IMG/VR virus record: IMGVR_UViG_3300016659_000217
Strand: one strand, 5' to 3'
DNA from: an uncultured virus (IMG/VR IMGVR_UViG_3300016659_000217)
Taxonomy: Duplodnaviria > Heunggongvirae > Uroviricota > Caudoviricetes
Length of the DNA stretch: 25,655 nt
Both the position numbers and the translations under genes were made by a program. Below, piece after piece: positions 1-8,851 of this stretch (position 1 is its first letter; each line of letters begins with the position of its first letter). The notes beneath the pieces were generated by a model. It saw only the letters and a program-made list of their open reading frames with translations. It searched no databases and was not told the DNA's origin.

Positions 1-35
1 AAACCACCAATTGGTGGTCAAATTTAGACATTTAG

Positions 36-56
36 AAAGCACCGTAAGGTGCTTTT
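36..56. terminator. Intrinsic terminator-like hairpin after the moron pair; a second hairpin ACCACC-AATT-GGTGGT lies at 3-18
   Basis: AAAGCACC-GTAA-GGTGCTTTT, 10 nt past the stop of 67..603. Confidence 0.7.
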
Positions 57-66
57 AACTTACATT

Positions 67-603
67 TTATGATGGCTTACAATAATCAAGGAGAAAGATT
101 GCATTATCCATTGAGGATGACGCGACTCTTGAGTTTATATCCGATTCCTCTTTGTTGTCCTTCATAAACTCCAAAAAACCATCAATTGTGTATTCATAAG
201 AGTTGAGGAGACTGCTTCTCATTATGTCCTCACAATCTGTCTTGGGTTGTCGCGCATCTAGATCTCTTTTTAGTTTTTGTAGCTCTTGAACAGGATCTGA
301 TAGGCTGATTCTAGCTGTAGCTTCGGCAACTTTTAAGGTGTCCGCCCACTTTCCACTTAAATTTTTGTAAAATAAAATATCTTCACTGCTCATTTTTGGT
401 GATTCAATTAACTTGATAGCGATTGAATCCCTTAGGTCTGGCATGCGCTTCTGTAGCTCAGCAACCTTGACCGTTTTATTCTGCTGCTCCGTGTAAGCTT
501 GACCGCTTGCTGCAACTCTTGCAGCATCGTCCTTGTTGCTTTTGTGCATAAAATAAAAAAGACCAACAATAACAACAATAACCCCAATTAATCCGTATTT
601 CAT
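67..603 (-). CDS. Hypothetical protein with N-terminal membrane anchor (moron)
   Basis: 178 aa; MKYGLIGVIVVIVGLFYF hydrophobic segment followed by a helical soluble region. Confidence 0.75.
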   Translation of the reverse strand: MKYGLIGVIVVIVGLFYFMHKSNKDDAARVAASGQAYTEQQNKTVKVAELQKRMPDLRDSIAIKLIESPKMSSEDILFYKNLSGKWADTLKVAEATARISLSDPVQELQKLKRDLDARQPKTDCEDIMRSSLLNSYEYTIDGFLEFMKDNKEESDINSRVASSSMDNAIFLLDYCKPS

Positions 604-612
604 TTCTAACCC

Positions 613-897
613 TCAACGACGTTCCCAAGTAATTTTTGATACACGCCCTTCACGAACGGTTACGGTATAAATCTCGTTCCCAACTTCATAAATGTAATCT
701 GTCACTGAGATCGTAGTATTGTTGCCAGTATCAACTGTATAAGATTGTTGGTGAATAGGCTTTCCTGCTTTAATTACCAATGAGCCAACAGAATCGCCAA
801 CTTGAACAATATCACCGCCTACACGGAAACTGCGAGTTTCAGCAGCCATGACCGAAAATGATGTTACTAATAACAAGCCAGCCAGTAATTTTTTCAT
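613..897 (-). CDS. Small secreted protein, DUF2845-like (moron)
   Basis: Sec signal MKKLLAGLLLVTSFSVMA; SFRVGGDIVQVGDS...GKP...Y.V.V.EGRV pattern resembles DUF2845. Confidence 0.65.
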   Translation of the reverse strand: MKKLLAGLLLVTSFSVMAAETRSFRVGGDIVQVGDSVGSLVIKAGKPIHQQSYTVDTGNNTTISVTDYIYEVGNEIYTVTVREGRVSKITWERR

Positions 898-927
898 TAT
901 TTATCCAAGTTTATAAAGCATTTGGAG

Positions 928-962
928 ATAATAACGTGCTCAAATTCACATCACAATGTGAA
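928..962 (-). promoter_or_regulatory. Putative sigma70 promoter for the moron pair, overlapped by a palindrome
   Basis: Minus strand TTGTGA (951-956)-N17-TATTAT (928-933); palindrome TTCACA-N6-TGTGAA at 945-962. Confidence 0.45.
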
Positions 963-964
963 AA

Positions 965-1531
965 TTACTGTTCTTTCTCAAGACTCTTAATGAAATCATT
1001 GAACTTTTTATTAATGGCATTCTGCGCCCTGGTCGCGATCGCTAAATTACGCATCTTTATACGCTCGGCTTTTTGAGCAGCTTTGAGGTAGTGTCGGAAT
1101 GAACCGTAGCTCATTTGCATGATGCTTTCATGTGAGTGGCCATTCGATGCTAACAACTGAAAAACATCAAACCAACTGCTCTTTTTACGCGGATCAATAT
1201 CATCCCGGTGTTTAAGTTTTGGCTCAGTAAAGAATGCGTCATTCACGTTGATCGCAGCATCCAATAACAAGACATTGAGTTTGCCCTCTTTCTTGAATAG
1301 ATCGATGACTTGTTCAGTGCTGTATTTCAAACAATGGGCTATCAATTGGGTTGATTCAAATGGATGAGCATCAAAGATCTTTTGTGCGGGTTCATCTGGA
1401 TGATTATTCAAAAAGTCTTTAATGACCTGCGCCGCACCCGACCACTCATCAAAGTTATGCATCCGCAGCTGGTGCACCGATAGCTCACCAACTTTGATAG
1501 GTCGATTTGAGGCAATAAAAATATCATTCAT
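965..1531 (-). CDS. Tail assembly chaperone (G/T-like regions in one ORF)
   Basis: Directly after the tail tube gene; AINVNDAFF in the N-terminal half; W..VFQLL...GH...I.QMSY in the C-terminal half. Confidence 0.65.
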   Translation of the reverse strand: MNDIFIASNRPIKVGELSVHQLRMHNFDEWSGAAQVIKDFLNNHPDEPAQKIFDAHPFESTQLIAHCLKYSTEQVIDLFKKEGKLNVLLLDAAINVNDAFFTEPKLKHRDDIDPRKKSSWFDVFQLLASNGHSHESIMQMSYGSFRHYLKAAQKAERIKMRNLAIATRAQNAINKKFNDFIKSLEKEQ

Positions 1532-1542
1532 GATGAAATCTC

Positions 1543-1598
1543 AAAAAGTACAGGCACAAAAAAAGATGCCTAATGCATCCTATTTAAGTGCCTGTACT
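1543..1598 (-). terminator. Long stem-loop/terminator after the major tail gene
   Basis: AGTACAGGCAC (1547-1557)/GTGCCTGTACT (1588-1598), inner GATGC/GCATC stem, T-tract on the minus strand. Confidence 0.6.
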
Positions 1599-1602
1599 GG
1601 GT

Positions 1603-2346
1603 TTATGCAGCTTTAGGGATTTGGGTGTAATAGCCGTATAAGCCAAGTGCACCATCTTTATCTTTGGTTAGATCACCAAGGGCATCACCACTAATTTCGT
1701 ATGAACCAAACTCTTCATGAATTAGGCCAAAGCTCGAATCAGGTGTCTTCACTGTACGGTGCAAGGCTAAGAACACTTTGTCTTTGCTGATCTTATCAAT
1801 GCCCTCAAAGAACAATGCATATTCAGCACCGAAATCAGATGCAATCGTAGTATGGGTCACGGCGCCAGTCGTGTATCCAATAACAACCTTTGGCAAATCA
1901 TCAAGAAACTCGATAGTGCCATAAACCGCATCTAGCTTATATTTCGTTGATTCAATAGGAACGGGTGTTGATGATCCATCAGTCACTGTTGGTACAGTTA
2001 GATTAAAACCATCAAGCTTAATCTTTTGCCCTTTCGTGACCGCACCTAAATCATGGTCAGCCACGGTTTTGGTTGCTACTGCGACATTTTTACCCGACAG
2101 GATATATGCCAGGTTATCTGCATCAACTTGCTCAAGTGTGCCGCTGAATGAAACTGCCGTGGTGTTGTATAACACCAAATCAGTCGTATCATCACCTGAC
2201 ATGGACTCGGTATGCTCAATCTTGTCAGCGGTGATTTCCAGCGTAAAGTCAGGAATGTTTCCCAACTCTCGCATTGCCCCCACAACACCTTCAACAATCG
2301 GGGCAAGGGAGAACTTACCGCGCAATGAAATGTACTTCTTAGCCAT
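1603..2346 (-). CDS. Major tail (tube) protein
   Basis: 247 aa, beta-rich; RELGNIPDFTLEI..D.IEHTES.SG pattern; follows the neck genes; no sheath gene precedes it. Confidence 0.8.
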   Translation of the reverse strand: MAKKYISLRGKFSLAPIVEGVVGAMRELGNIPDFTLEITADKIEHTESMSGDDTTDLVLYNTTAVSFSGTLEQVDADNLAYILSGKNVAVATKTVADHDLGAVTKGQKIKLDGFNLTVPTVTDGSSTPVPIESTKYKLDAVYGTIEFLDDLPKVVIGYTTGAVTHTTIASDFGAEYALFFEGIDKISKDKVFLALHRTVKTPDSSFGLIHEEFGSYEISGDALGDLTKDKDGALGLYGYYTQIPKAA

Positions 2347-2518
2347 TCGCAGGCACCTCTTTTGTTTTTGGTTTAACTTCTGCTTTTAGCTCAGGCTTAA
2401 TTGCTTCAATCGCACCATCCTCTAAAAGCTGTTTAATTTTTTCTTGTGGTAGATCCCCCACAATTTGATCTTTCACCCAAGGGCCAATCGGCTTTAAGGC
2501 TTTGTATTGCGTTTTCAT
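2339..2518 (-). CDS. Small hypothetical virion-region protein (59 aa)
   Basis: ATG at 2518 with AGGA RBS; similar to the N-terminus of 3880..4233. Confidence 0.7.
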   Translation of the reverse strand: MKTQYKALKPIGPWVKDQIVGDLPQEKIKQLLEDGAIEAIKPELKAEVKPKTKEVPANG

Positions 2519-2525
2519 AGGGTTC

Positions 2526-2948
2526 CTAAATGAATTTTTCAGATTCAAAGATGATCGTCACATAGGCGAATGCTGCACTATACCCATCACTAATCGAGAC
2601 AAATCTTAATTCGCTAGTGGATGAATCAGGCTCCCATCCAGATAAAAGCTGGATCACTTTTTCAGTCAACAATCCGACTTCATCACTTACAGCACGTCCA
2701 TCGTTAAGCTGTGACTTTGCATTGCGACATGCCACAGTCACAGCCCATTGCTGACCTAGTTTATTTAATGCCCCTCTTCCCGCTTCAGCTTGCTTAACAA
2801 CACGTGCAAAGTTGACATGTACAGACGGAACCACCTGTGACATTTCTGAGATTTGTACTGAATTTAAAGGGGTATAGATTTTAAGAAAATCAGGAATTTC
2901 CTTTAATTTCTCGACTATCTCATCACGTACTGCGAAGAATGTGCTCAT
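2526..2948 (-). CDS. Tail terminator/completion protein, Mu gp37-like
   Basis: Position; QQWAVTVACRN...LLSGWEP...AFAY pattern. Confidence 0.7.
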   Translation of the reverse strand: MSTFFAVRDEIVEKLKEIPDFLKIYTPLNSVQISEMSQVVPSVHVNFARVVKQAEAGRGALNKLGQQWAVTVACRNAKSQLNDGRAVSDEVGLLTEKVIQLLSGWEPDSSTSELRFVSISDGYSAAFAYVTIIFESEKFI

Positions 2949-3420
2949 CAATAAAAGCTCCTATAATATTTAGTATTGATTGCTCATCCTCTGCGTTAAT
3001 TCCTAGAAAAGTCCTTGAGGGAATGTTTACCTCTTTCACTTTCCGATATTGACCACCAACAGCAAAGGTTATGTACTGGCCATTTTTAGGAGTGATGTGT
3101 GCGCCAAAATGAAAAACATGGGCATACGTTTTGTTTGATCCCCACTCAATACCGTTTGGACGCAAATTAAAATGCAGCTCATTCATTAAATCGCCATTAT
3201 CACGGCCAGTCTGACCATTCTGTAGTTTTGCTCTCCATGATTGCTTCCATGGATTACCATCTACATTGTGTTGGTTAAAAAAACGTTCCTGAGTTGAAGT
3301 AACACCGTACCCACCAATTTCCACATATAAATCATCTTTATAAGCATCAAAATCACTAAGCTTCTTAAGAACCACTTCTATTGGTGAGCTATCTGCTTGA
3401 ATGGAGATAGCAAAAGCCAC
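2923..3420 (-). CDS. Phage virion morphogenesis protein (Mu gpG/tail completion S-like)
   Basis: RF..Q..VDGNPW, RDNG.L, GSNKTYA.V.HFG, IPSRTFLGI motifs; GTG start at 3420 with GAGG RBS. Confidence 0.85.
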   Translation of the reverse strand: MAFAISIQADSSPIEVVLKKLSDFDAYKDDLYVEIGGYGVTSTQERFFNQHNVDGNPWKQSWRAKLQNGQTGRDNGDLMNELHFNLRPNGIEWGSNKTYAHVFHFGAHITPKNGQYITFAVGGQYRKVKEVNIPSRTFLGINAEDEQSILNIIGAFIDEHILRST

Positions 3421-3427
3421 AATCACC

Positions 3428-3871
3428 TCACTTAATACTCGGCATTTTTCCAAGGACATCATCACCAAAAACACCACCCGTATAAGTCGTGCCTATTGGC
3501 GCTGTAGATGGTTTGTTTTTGGGTTGGTCATCCACGATCTGGTTGGTTTCCACATTCTGAATTTGCAAATGTGCTTTATTGGTTGCAACCAGCTTTAAAA
3601 AGCTGACCGCATCCTCATAACGCTTACGCACTTCTTCAGTGGGTTGCTGGAAATAAAGACGATAGCGCGCAATGTCACACGCCATTCGCTCTAAATTACT
3701 GGGCACATTTGGCAGAGGTAAAGGGTAACGACCACCAATGTAGCCGTTAATTTCTTCTGTTGCGTCCTGTAGAGCATCCTGAACAGCAGTTGATGCACTT
3801 GCATGCATCAACTTCAATTCATCAATCTCACCACCAAATCGCGCAACTAGGTTTGCTTCAGTCGCGTACAT
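3428..3871 (-). CDS. Head-tail adaptor, Mu gp36/DUF1320 family
   Basis: MYAT..L..RFG, EINGYIGGRYPLPL, ACDIARYRL, RYEDAVSFL. Confidence 0.9.
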   Translation of the reverse strand: MYATEANLVARFGGEIDELKLMHASASTAVQDALQDATEEINGYIGGRYPLPLPNVPSNLERMACDIARYRLYFQQPTEEVRKRYEDAVSFLKLVATNKAHLQIQNVETNQIVDDQPKNKPSTAPIGTTYTGGVFGDDVLGKMPSIK

Positions 3872-3879
3872 AGATCACC

Positions 3880-4233
3880 TTACTTATCAGCCGCAGTTTT
3901 CTTGGCTTCGGCAGTGGCTTTCTTTAGAGCAGCTTCTGATGTAGCTAGTGATTTTTCCAAGCTTTCAACTTTCTTTTGAAGCTCTGCCGCTGCTGCATCG
4001 GCTTTATCCTTACCCTCAATAAGGATTGCCTCATTTGCTTTCAGCTCTGCCACTTCTGCAGCAAGGCTTGCAAGCTGAGCAGCAGTGCCATCCGCCTTAG
4101 GTTGTTCTGGAGCTTTTTCTTCTTCAATAGCTCCAGATGCTAAAAGGGCCTGAAGTTGATTTTCTTCAAGCCCTTTGATTTCATCACCTGGCATAAAATG
4201 CCCGATGGATTGTTTTGCGATGTACTTCGGCAT
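3880..4233 (-). CDS. Hypothetical head-region protein with C-terminal coiled coil
   Basis: Between capsid and gp36; Ala/Lys/Glu-rich coiled coil; GGAG RBS. Confidence 0.75.
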   Translation of the reverse strand: MPKYIAKQSIGHFMPGDEIKGLEENQLQALLASGAIEEEKAPEQPKADGTAAQLASLAAEVAELKANEAILIEGKDKADAAAAELQKKVESLEKSLATSEAALKKATAEAKKTAADK

Positions 4234-4243
4234 GTCTTACTCC

Positions 4244-5323
4244 TTATAGGGTGATAAAGCCGATACCACCGACTACACCATTTTTGTTAGAAGGCACGAC
4301 CAATGGAGCGGATTCAGTCATCAACATGATGCCGCTTGGATCTTCACAGTACCATTGACGGTCAAAGTATTGCTGAGCAACACCGTTGGCCAACATATTT
4401 TTGATCTTACAATGTGCCACTGAGCCGTTGGTATCAGAAATCAAAGAGAAATAATCCTTAGGAATAAAGCGCTTCACCTGACCTTTATTGCGGTAAGTTG
4501 CGTCATACACCCAGAATTCAATTCCATCAAACGTCCCTTTGAGAGTTGCTGACTCTTTGACGCCAAAGCTTGGTGTAACAGGAACAGAAATACCAGCGTA
4601 CGGTGTGATGAATTCTTTCTTGAACTCTTCGTTATTCCATAAAGCAGCCCATACTAAGCCAGACATGATTGATTTTTTGGCTTCACCGCCATCAGCTGCC
4701 AACTGACGCTCGAGCATGGTGCGGATATCTAAAACGGGTTTAGCACCTGCTTCATTCCATTTGATCAACGGCGTATATGTCAGAGAGGCATCACGACGGT
4801 AATCAACCAAGTTGTATTCATAGTCATCTGAATGAAGGGCATATTTACCATTTTTCAGAAGATCAATCGCCATCATCAGGACTGAGTTATCAATCGCATC
4901 ATGGTTGCGCTTCATCACCGCAATCTGGGAAATAATCATTTGCTCTTGGATGGACAACTGCTGATTTCCAGTTGAGATAATCCCAGCGGTGCGTAAACGC
5001 TCTAGCAAAGAGATTTCAAATGCATCCGCTGGACTAACCTGATTTTTTGGCTTGTAGTAGGCCGGTTTCACATGGCGTACTTCACCTGATTGAGTAGTAT
5101 CAAATGGCTTACCAGGCTGTTGTGGTGATACCAGTGGTGCCAGATCATGTTCAGCTGACAATTCAGCCAAAGGTACATCATCACGTGTGAATAATGGGCG
5201 ATTTGGAAAGAGTTGGTCTAATAGCCAAGTATCCATCGGGCGATAGTTTGAGTGGATTAGTGCTAACTCACCCACATCAAGCAGTTCTAGTGGGGTACCT
5301 TCAATATTAAAAGCTTGTGGCAT
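4244..5323 (-). CDS. Major capsid protein, lambda gpE-like family
   Basis: LFP, LAPLVSP, KPAYYKPK, VDYRRD, DPSGIMLMTESAPL motifs. Confidence 0.92.
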   Translation of the reverse strand: MPQAFNIEGTPLELLDVGELALIHSNYRPMDTWLLDQLFPNRPLFTRDDVPLAELSAEHDLAPLVSPQQPGKPFDTTQSGEVRHVKPAYYKPKNQVSPADAFEISLLERLRTAGIISTGNQQLSIQEQMIISQIAVMKRNHDAIDNSVLMMAIDLLKNGKYALHSDDYEYNLVDYRRDASLTYTPLIKWNEAGAKPVLDIRTMLERQLAADGGEAKKSIMSGLVWAALWNNEEFKKEFITPYAGISVPVTPSFGVKESATLKGTFDGIEFWVYDATYRNKGQVKRFIPKDYFSLISDTNGSVAHCKIKNMLANGVAQQYFDRQWYCEDPSGIMLMTESAPLVVPSNKNGVVGGIGFITL

Positions 5324-5328
5324 GTCGT

Positions 5329-5703
5329 TTACACCTTAGAAAGTTCGATTTTGTTTTTGGTTGCTTTGGCGCGTGCTGCATCGTATTGAGCAGTGGTAAG
5401 TAAAGTGCCATCAAGTGATACAGCTTCAACGTTAAATACACCACCGTAATACATCGGGATTTCAATGCCATCAGCTGCTTTGATTGTTGCTTCTGCTGCA
5501 GTGACATCAGCACCACAAATCACATCCCATGTAGACTCGTCTGTAGCATGAGTCAGCACATTAGCAGCGGATAGTGTTAGCAAATCACCGTATTTATATG
5601 CTGTGGCAGTCGTTACTTTTGCATTAGCACGACGTAACTTTTCATTATCCAGAATCAGTCGTTGTGACGTGACCGAGATAGGCGGTACATAGTGAGTAAC
5701 CAT
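5329..5703 (-). CDS. Head decoration protein (gpD-like)
   Basis: 124 aa between protease and capsid; YKYGDLL...YYGGVFN pattern. Confidence 0.75.
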   Translation of the reverse strand: MVTHYVPPISVTSQRLILDNEKLRRANAKVTTATAYKYGDLLTLSAANVLTHATDESTWDVICGADVTAAEATIKAADGIEIPMYYGGVFNVEAVSLDGTLLTTAQYDAARAKATKNKIELSKV

Positions 5704-5706
5704 GAA

Positions 5707-6114
5707 TTATTTCCCCTTTTGTTCTGCAAATGCTTGTGCACCAGCTGTGAATTTATGTTTATCACCAGCACCTTGATTACCGCCTTGCCCACCCTGACCA
5801 CCTGTAGCTTGGTGAGTGAATAAATGAGCAAGATGTGGTGCGACAGTATTGTTCTGCTGCTGTTGACCAGCTGGTGGCTGATTACCTGCTGAGAATTGAC
5901 GAAGTTGTTTAGCTGAAAATGCAAACGCTGAGTCATCTAGCGCTTTCATTTCTGTAATATCTTCCGCACTAAATTCCTTACCAAGATCTTTACCTAAAGC
6001 AGTAATTTCTGCTTCACGCTTTGCCGCAGCAAACTGCTTGTTTTGGGTTTCAAGCTCAGAGTTTTTAGTCTCCAACTCTTGAATACGGGCTTGCGCCTTT
6101 TCTAATTCGGTCAC
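5707..6114 (-). CDS. Probable nested scaffolding protein (internal in-frame GTG start, 135 aa)
   Basis: GAGGA (6122-6126), 7 nt, then GTG (6114) at the start of the coiled coil. Confidence 0.6.
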   Translation of the reverse strand: MTELEKAQARIQELETKNSELETQNKQFAAAKREAEITALGKDLGKEFSAEDITEMKALDDSAFAFSAKQLRQFSAGNQPPAGQQQQNNTVAPHLAHLFTHQATGGQGGQGGNQGAGDKHKFTAGAQAFAEQKGK

Positions 6115-6678
6115 GTCTGTGTCCTCTGTAGGTTGATTTGTTGTGCCGGGTTTTGCTGAAAATGCATTTACCGACGTTGTTCGATCCGCGCCTGTTGAGC
6201 AGATCGTAAATTCACGGATACGGTTATTTCGAAATACTGCGACTGGCCCTGTGAATGTCTGTCCATTTACAACAACACTTACCCCTTGACCCACTTCCTC
6301 AACAGAACCAGGATCAATGAACATGGACATTTGAAACGGATAGCCATCATCTGCGTCATCCACAACTTCACGTGCTTTCGCATTGCGGAGAAAGTCGCCA
6401 GTCACTGTGATGTTTTGATTGATACCGACTTCTCTCACCACACCGACACGACTGGTACTGAAGTGCTCTTCTAGTAAAGGTGTTGGAGTTGGAATCTCAA
6501 TTCCTTCAAGATCGAAAACAACACCATTTCGCCCCCAAAACCAGTGACCATCTACACGACCACCACCATAAGCCGTGCCTTTAAATGTCCGTTTCTTATC
6601 CCCTTCAACCTGAGGAACAATGTCCACGGCGGATAGTGAGAAAAGATACTTGCCTTGTTCTTCATTAAGTTCAGGCAT
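5707..6678 (-). CDS. Prohead protease/scaffold protein
   Basis: FKGTAYGG, LLEEH, FQMSM, REFTICSTGAD; coiled-coil C-terminus; start moved to ATG 6678 (GGAG RBS, downstream of the terminator). Confidence 0.8.
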   Translation of the reverse strand: MPELNEEQGKYLFSLSAVDIVPQVEGDKKRTFKGTAYGGGRVDGHWFWGRNGVVFDLEGIEIPTPTPLLEEHFSTSRVGVVREVGINQNITVTGDFLRNAKAREVVDDADDGYPFQMSMFIDPGSVEEVGQGVSVVVNGQTFTGPVAVFRNNRIREFTICSTGADRTTSVNAFSAKPGTTNQPTEDTDVTELEKAQARIQELETKNSELETQNKQFAAAKREAEITALGKDLGKEFSAEDITEMKALDDSAFAFSAKQLRQFSAGNQPPAGQQQQNNTVAPHLAHLFTHQATGGQGGQGGNQGAGDKHKFTAGAQAFAEQKGK

Positions 6679-6691
6679 TTTCATGCTCCAT

Positions 6692-6720
6692 AAAAAAAAC
6701 CGCTCCATTAGGAGCGGTTT
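6692..6720 (-). terminator. Intrinsic terminator after the DUF6615-like moron
   Basis: AAACCGCTCC-TAAT-GGAGCGGTTTTTTTT on the minus strand. Confidence 0.85.
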
Positions 6721-6742
6721 ATGCTGGTAAATTGGGTATTTA

Positions 6743-7573
6743 CTATTCTTTGACAATCATTATTCCACCTAAAGACTTAAATCGCTCATCAAGGTTGTAG
6801 TGATTATCGTATATTGGCTTCTCTCTATGTTCATTCATGATGTCTTTAACATAATCGGGAACAATCCCATTATTTGGTAACTCCAAATGATCATTTGAAA
6901 GCTCACCCGCCAAATTACTCTCCTTAACCCAAGCCCATGTTTTCTCAGGAAGACTCAAATTTGTGTTGGAATTAATAATTGGAGGACAAACCAAAGAATG
7001 CCACGGCTTAACATATTCAAATATTTCTTTGATGTGCTGCTTCTTGGTTTTTTTTAAATCTTTAACTTTATATGCCGACAAAATTGAACAACCTAAATGC
7101 TCAACAGTACAGTTAAATAGTATCCCTCTAATATACAAATCAACAATATTAAAACTACTTAAGAGCTTGTCGCAATGAATATACAGACAATAAATTGGTA
7201 TTAGAGGGGGTGTAGCATTTCTAGCATCATCAATCAGTTTTTCAGTTTGGGTTATAGCGGATTTTTTACTTCTATAATGCAATTGTTTAAAAGAGTTTGT
7301 TTCAAAATTAATAATTTTAGCCTGAACTCTAAATCCAATTCCCTTACTGCCTGATGAGTCAACAAACCACCACTCCCAATCAGCGCCATTAATAAACTCC
7401 TCTGAACGAGTAAATGTCTTTGTAATAACATTAAAAGGGTGCCTAAACTTAAGATCAACCATAAGAATATCAGTCACGGATTCTTCAAGCATCTGGTGAT
7501 CCACACTTCTAGCTTTAGCTAATTGCATCCATGTTTGATGAGATAGATCTCTAAAAGATTGGCAAAGAGTCAT
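6743..7573 (-). CDS. DUF6615-like protein, putative PD-(D/E)xK nuclease (moron)
   Basis: EESVTD...EE..NGADWEWWF...FRVQAK...PIYCLY; AT-rich; interrupts the head operon. Confidence 0.7.
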   Translation of the reverse strand: MTLCQSFRDLSHQTWMQLAKARSVDHQMLEESVTDILMVDLKFRHPFNVITKTFTRSEEFINGADWEWWFVDSSGSKGIGFRVQAKIINFETNSFKQLHYRSKKSAITQTEKLIDDARNATPPLIPIYCLYIHCDKLLSSFNIVDLYIRGILFNCTVEHLGCSILSAYKVKDLKKTKKQHIKEIFEYVKPWHSLVCPPIINSNTNLSLPEKTWAWVKESNLAGELSNDHLELPNNGIVPDYVKDIMNEHREKPIYDNHYNLDERFKSLGGIMIVKE

Positions 7574-7645
7574 TTGTTATCTCTATAAATTCCAAATAAA
7601 TATAAATATAACAGACACACCTCCTCATCAAAATTTATAAATTAA

Positions 7646-8848
7646 CTAGCTGAATATTGCCCTTAATTTAAAAACCATTCTCTCTTCAACGACCTCAATT
7701 GATAAAACTTCAAAAGACAACCCGATCTCGAGTAAAACCCCATATCCTATATTCAGCATTTCAAAATCAATTCCAAGTCCTTTAGCACCCACTATCTGGA
7801 TCATCACATTGGATTGCCCTGCTAAGAGCATAGGCGCATCTAACGTGACCACCTTACCCACTTCAAATGAAGCGACATAGGCTAGTGTGGTAGCACCTGT
7901 AATCACATCTGCAATATTACCTGATACAGCTTGAATTTTTGCCATATCGTCTTTCACCCAACGCTTAAGAACATCCTCAGCCAAGCTAATTGACGATTGA
8001 TTCAGATAGCTTGTGAGAGCTGTATCATTTCCCTGCACATAATCCAAGAAAATCTTAATCGCACTTGGTCTAATGGATGGATCTAAAGGAATAACTGTAT
8101 TGGCCACCGTGTTAAATAGATCTCTCGATTTATCATCCATAGGGGCTAAAAGACTGGTGAGCTTTTTAGAAGCAGTCCATTCAGCCTTAATTGCTTCTTT
8201 CTGCTCCAGTAGATATTCCTTATCAAGTAATGACTTGGAAATCTTCTGATCCACCAATGCTTCAAACTCCCCAAATTGCAAAGGATGTGAACTCCAGTCC
8301 AATGCTTTGGCCACCTCTGGCAACTTATCATCAGGTGTAATGTTGTATTTAAGCGCCTGTTTCTCTGTGAGGGCAATCACAGTACAACGGCAACGAAAGC
8401 CCAATGGAGGGTAATGCGTTAGCCAAAATGGGTGATCAATCGGTAATACAATGCGATTCAATGCCAAATGTGCAGGACGTACACGCGAGTCATTGATAGC
8501 CGAATACATCAGATACTGACGTTTGTCTTTATTCCGTTGCTGTTGCTGCCAACGTCCATGACCATAGGCACTTTGAATATTGGTACGGAATACATTGTCC
8601 AGGTAATGCTTAGGTAAAACGATTTCAGATTCAGCTACAAGCTTCTGAAAATCGTTAAAGGTGCCACCCGATGCTAAAGTTTTATTCAGTGATTTAATCA
8701 CCGACTCAGCTTGCTCAAGACTAGATAAGAAGCTAACTGTGGTCGCCATCTGCCTCGTCTTGAGATCCATTGAGTAAAACTCATCAGGCAGTACTACTTT
8801 CTTGCTATGCGCATACTGCAGTGCTTCAAGAAACGTGACTGGTTGCAT
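7646..8848 (-). CDS. MuF/SPP1 gp7-like minor head protein with C-terminal extension
   Basis: FRTNIQSAY, YSAINDSRVRPAH, FWLTHYPPLGFRCRCTV. Confidence 0.9.
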   Translation of the reverse strand: MQPVTFLEALQYAHSKKVVLPDEFYSMDLKTRQMATTVSFLSSLEQAESVIKSLNKTLASGGTFNDFQKLVAESEIVLPKHYLDNVFRTNIQSAYGHGRWQQQQRNKDKRQYLMYSAINDSRVRPAHLALNRIVLPIDHPFWLTHYPPLGFRCRCTVIALTEKQALKYNITPDDKLPEVAKALDWSSHPLQFGEFEALVDQKISKSLLDKEYLLEQKEAIKAEWTASKKLTSLLAPMDDKSRDLFNTVANTVIPLDPSIRPSAIKIFLDYVQGNDTALTSYLNQSSISLAEDVLKRWVKDDMAKIQAVSGNIADVITGATTLAYVASFEVGKVVTLDAPMLLAGQSNVMIQIVGAKGLGIDFEMLNIGYGVLLEIGLSFEVLSIEVVEERMVFKLRAIFS

Positions 8849-8851
8849 AAG

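Noticed and set aside
5870..5877. GCTGGTGG (E. coli Chi sequence)
   Set aside because: Single noticed copy inside a coding region; no basis that it acts as Chi in this host
6679..6756. N-terminal extension of the protease ORF in the track
   Set aside because: Spans a terminator and overlaps the moron stop; the RBS supports ATG 6678
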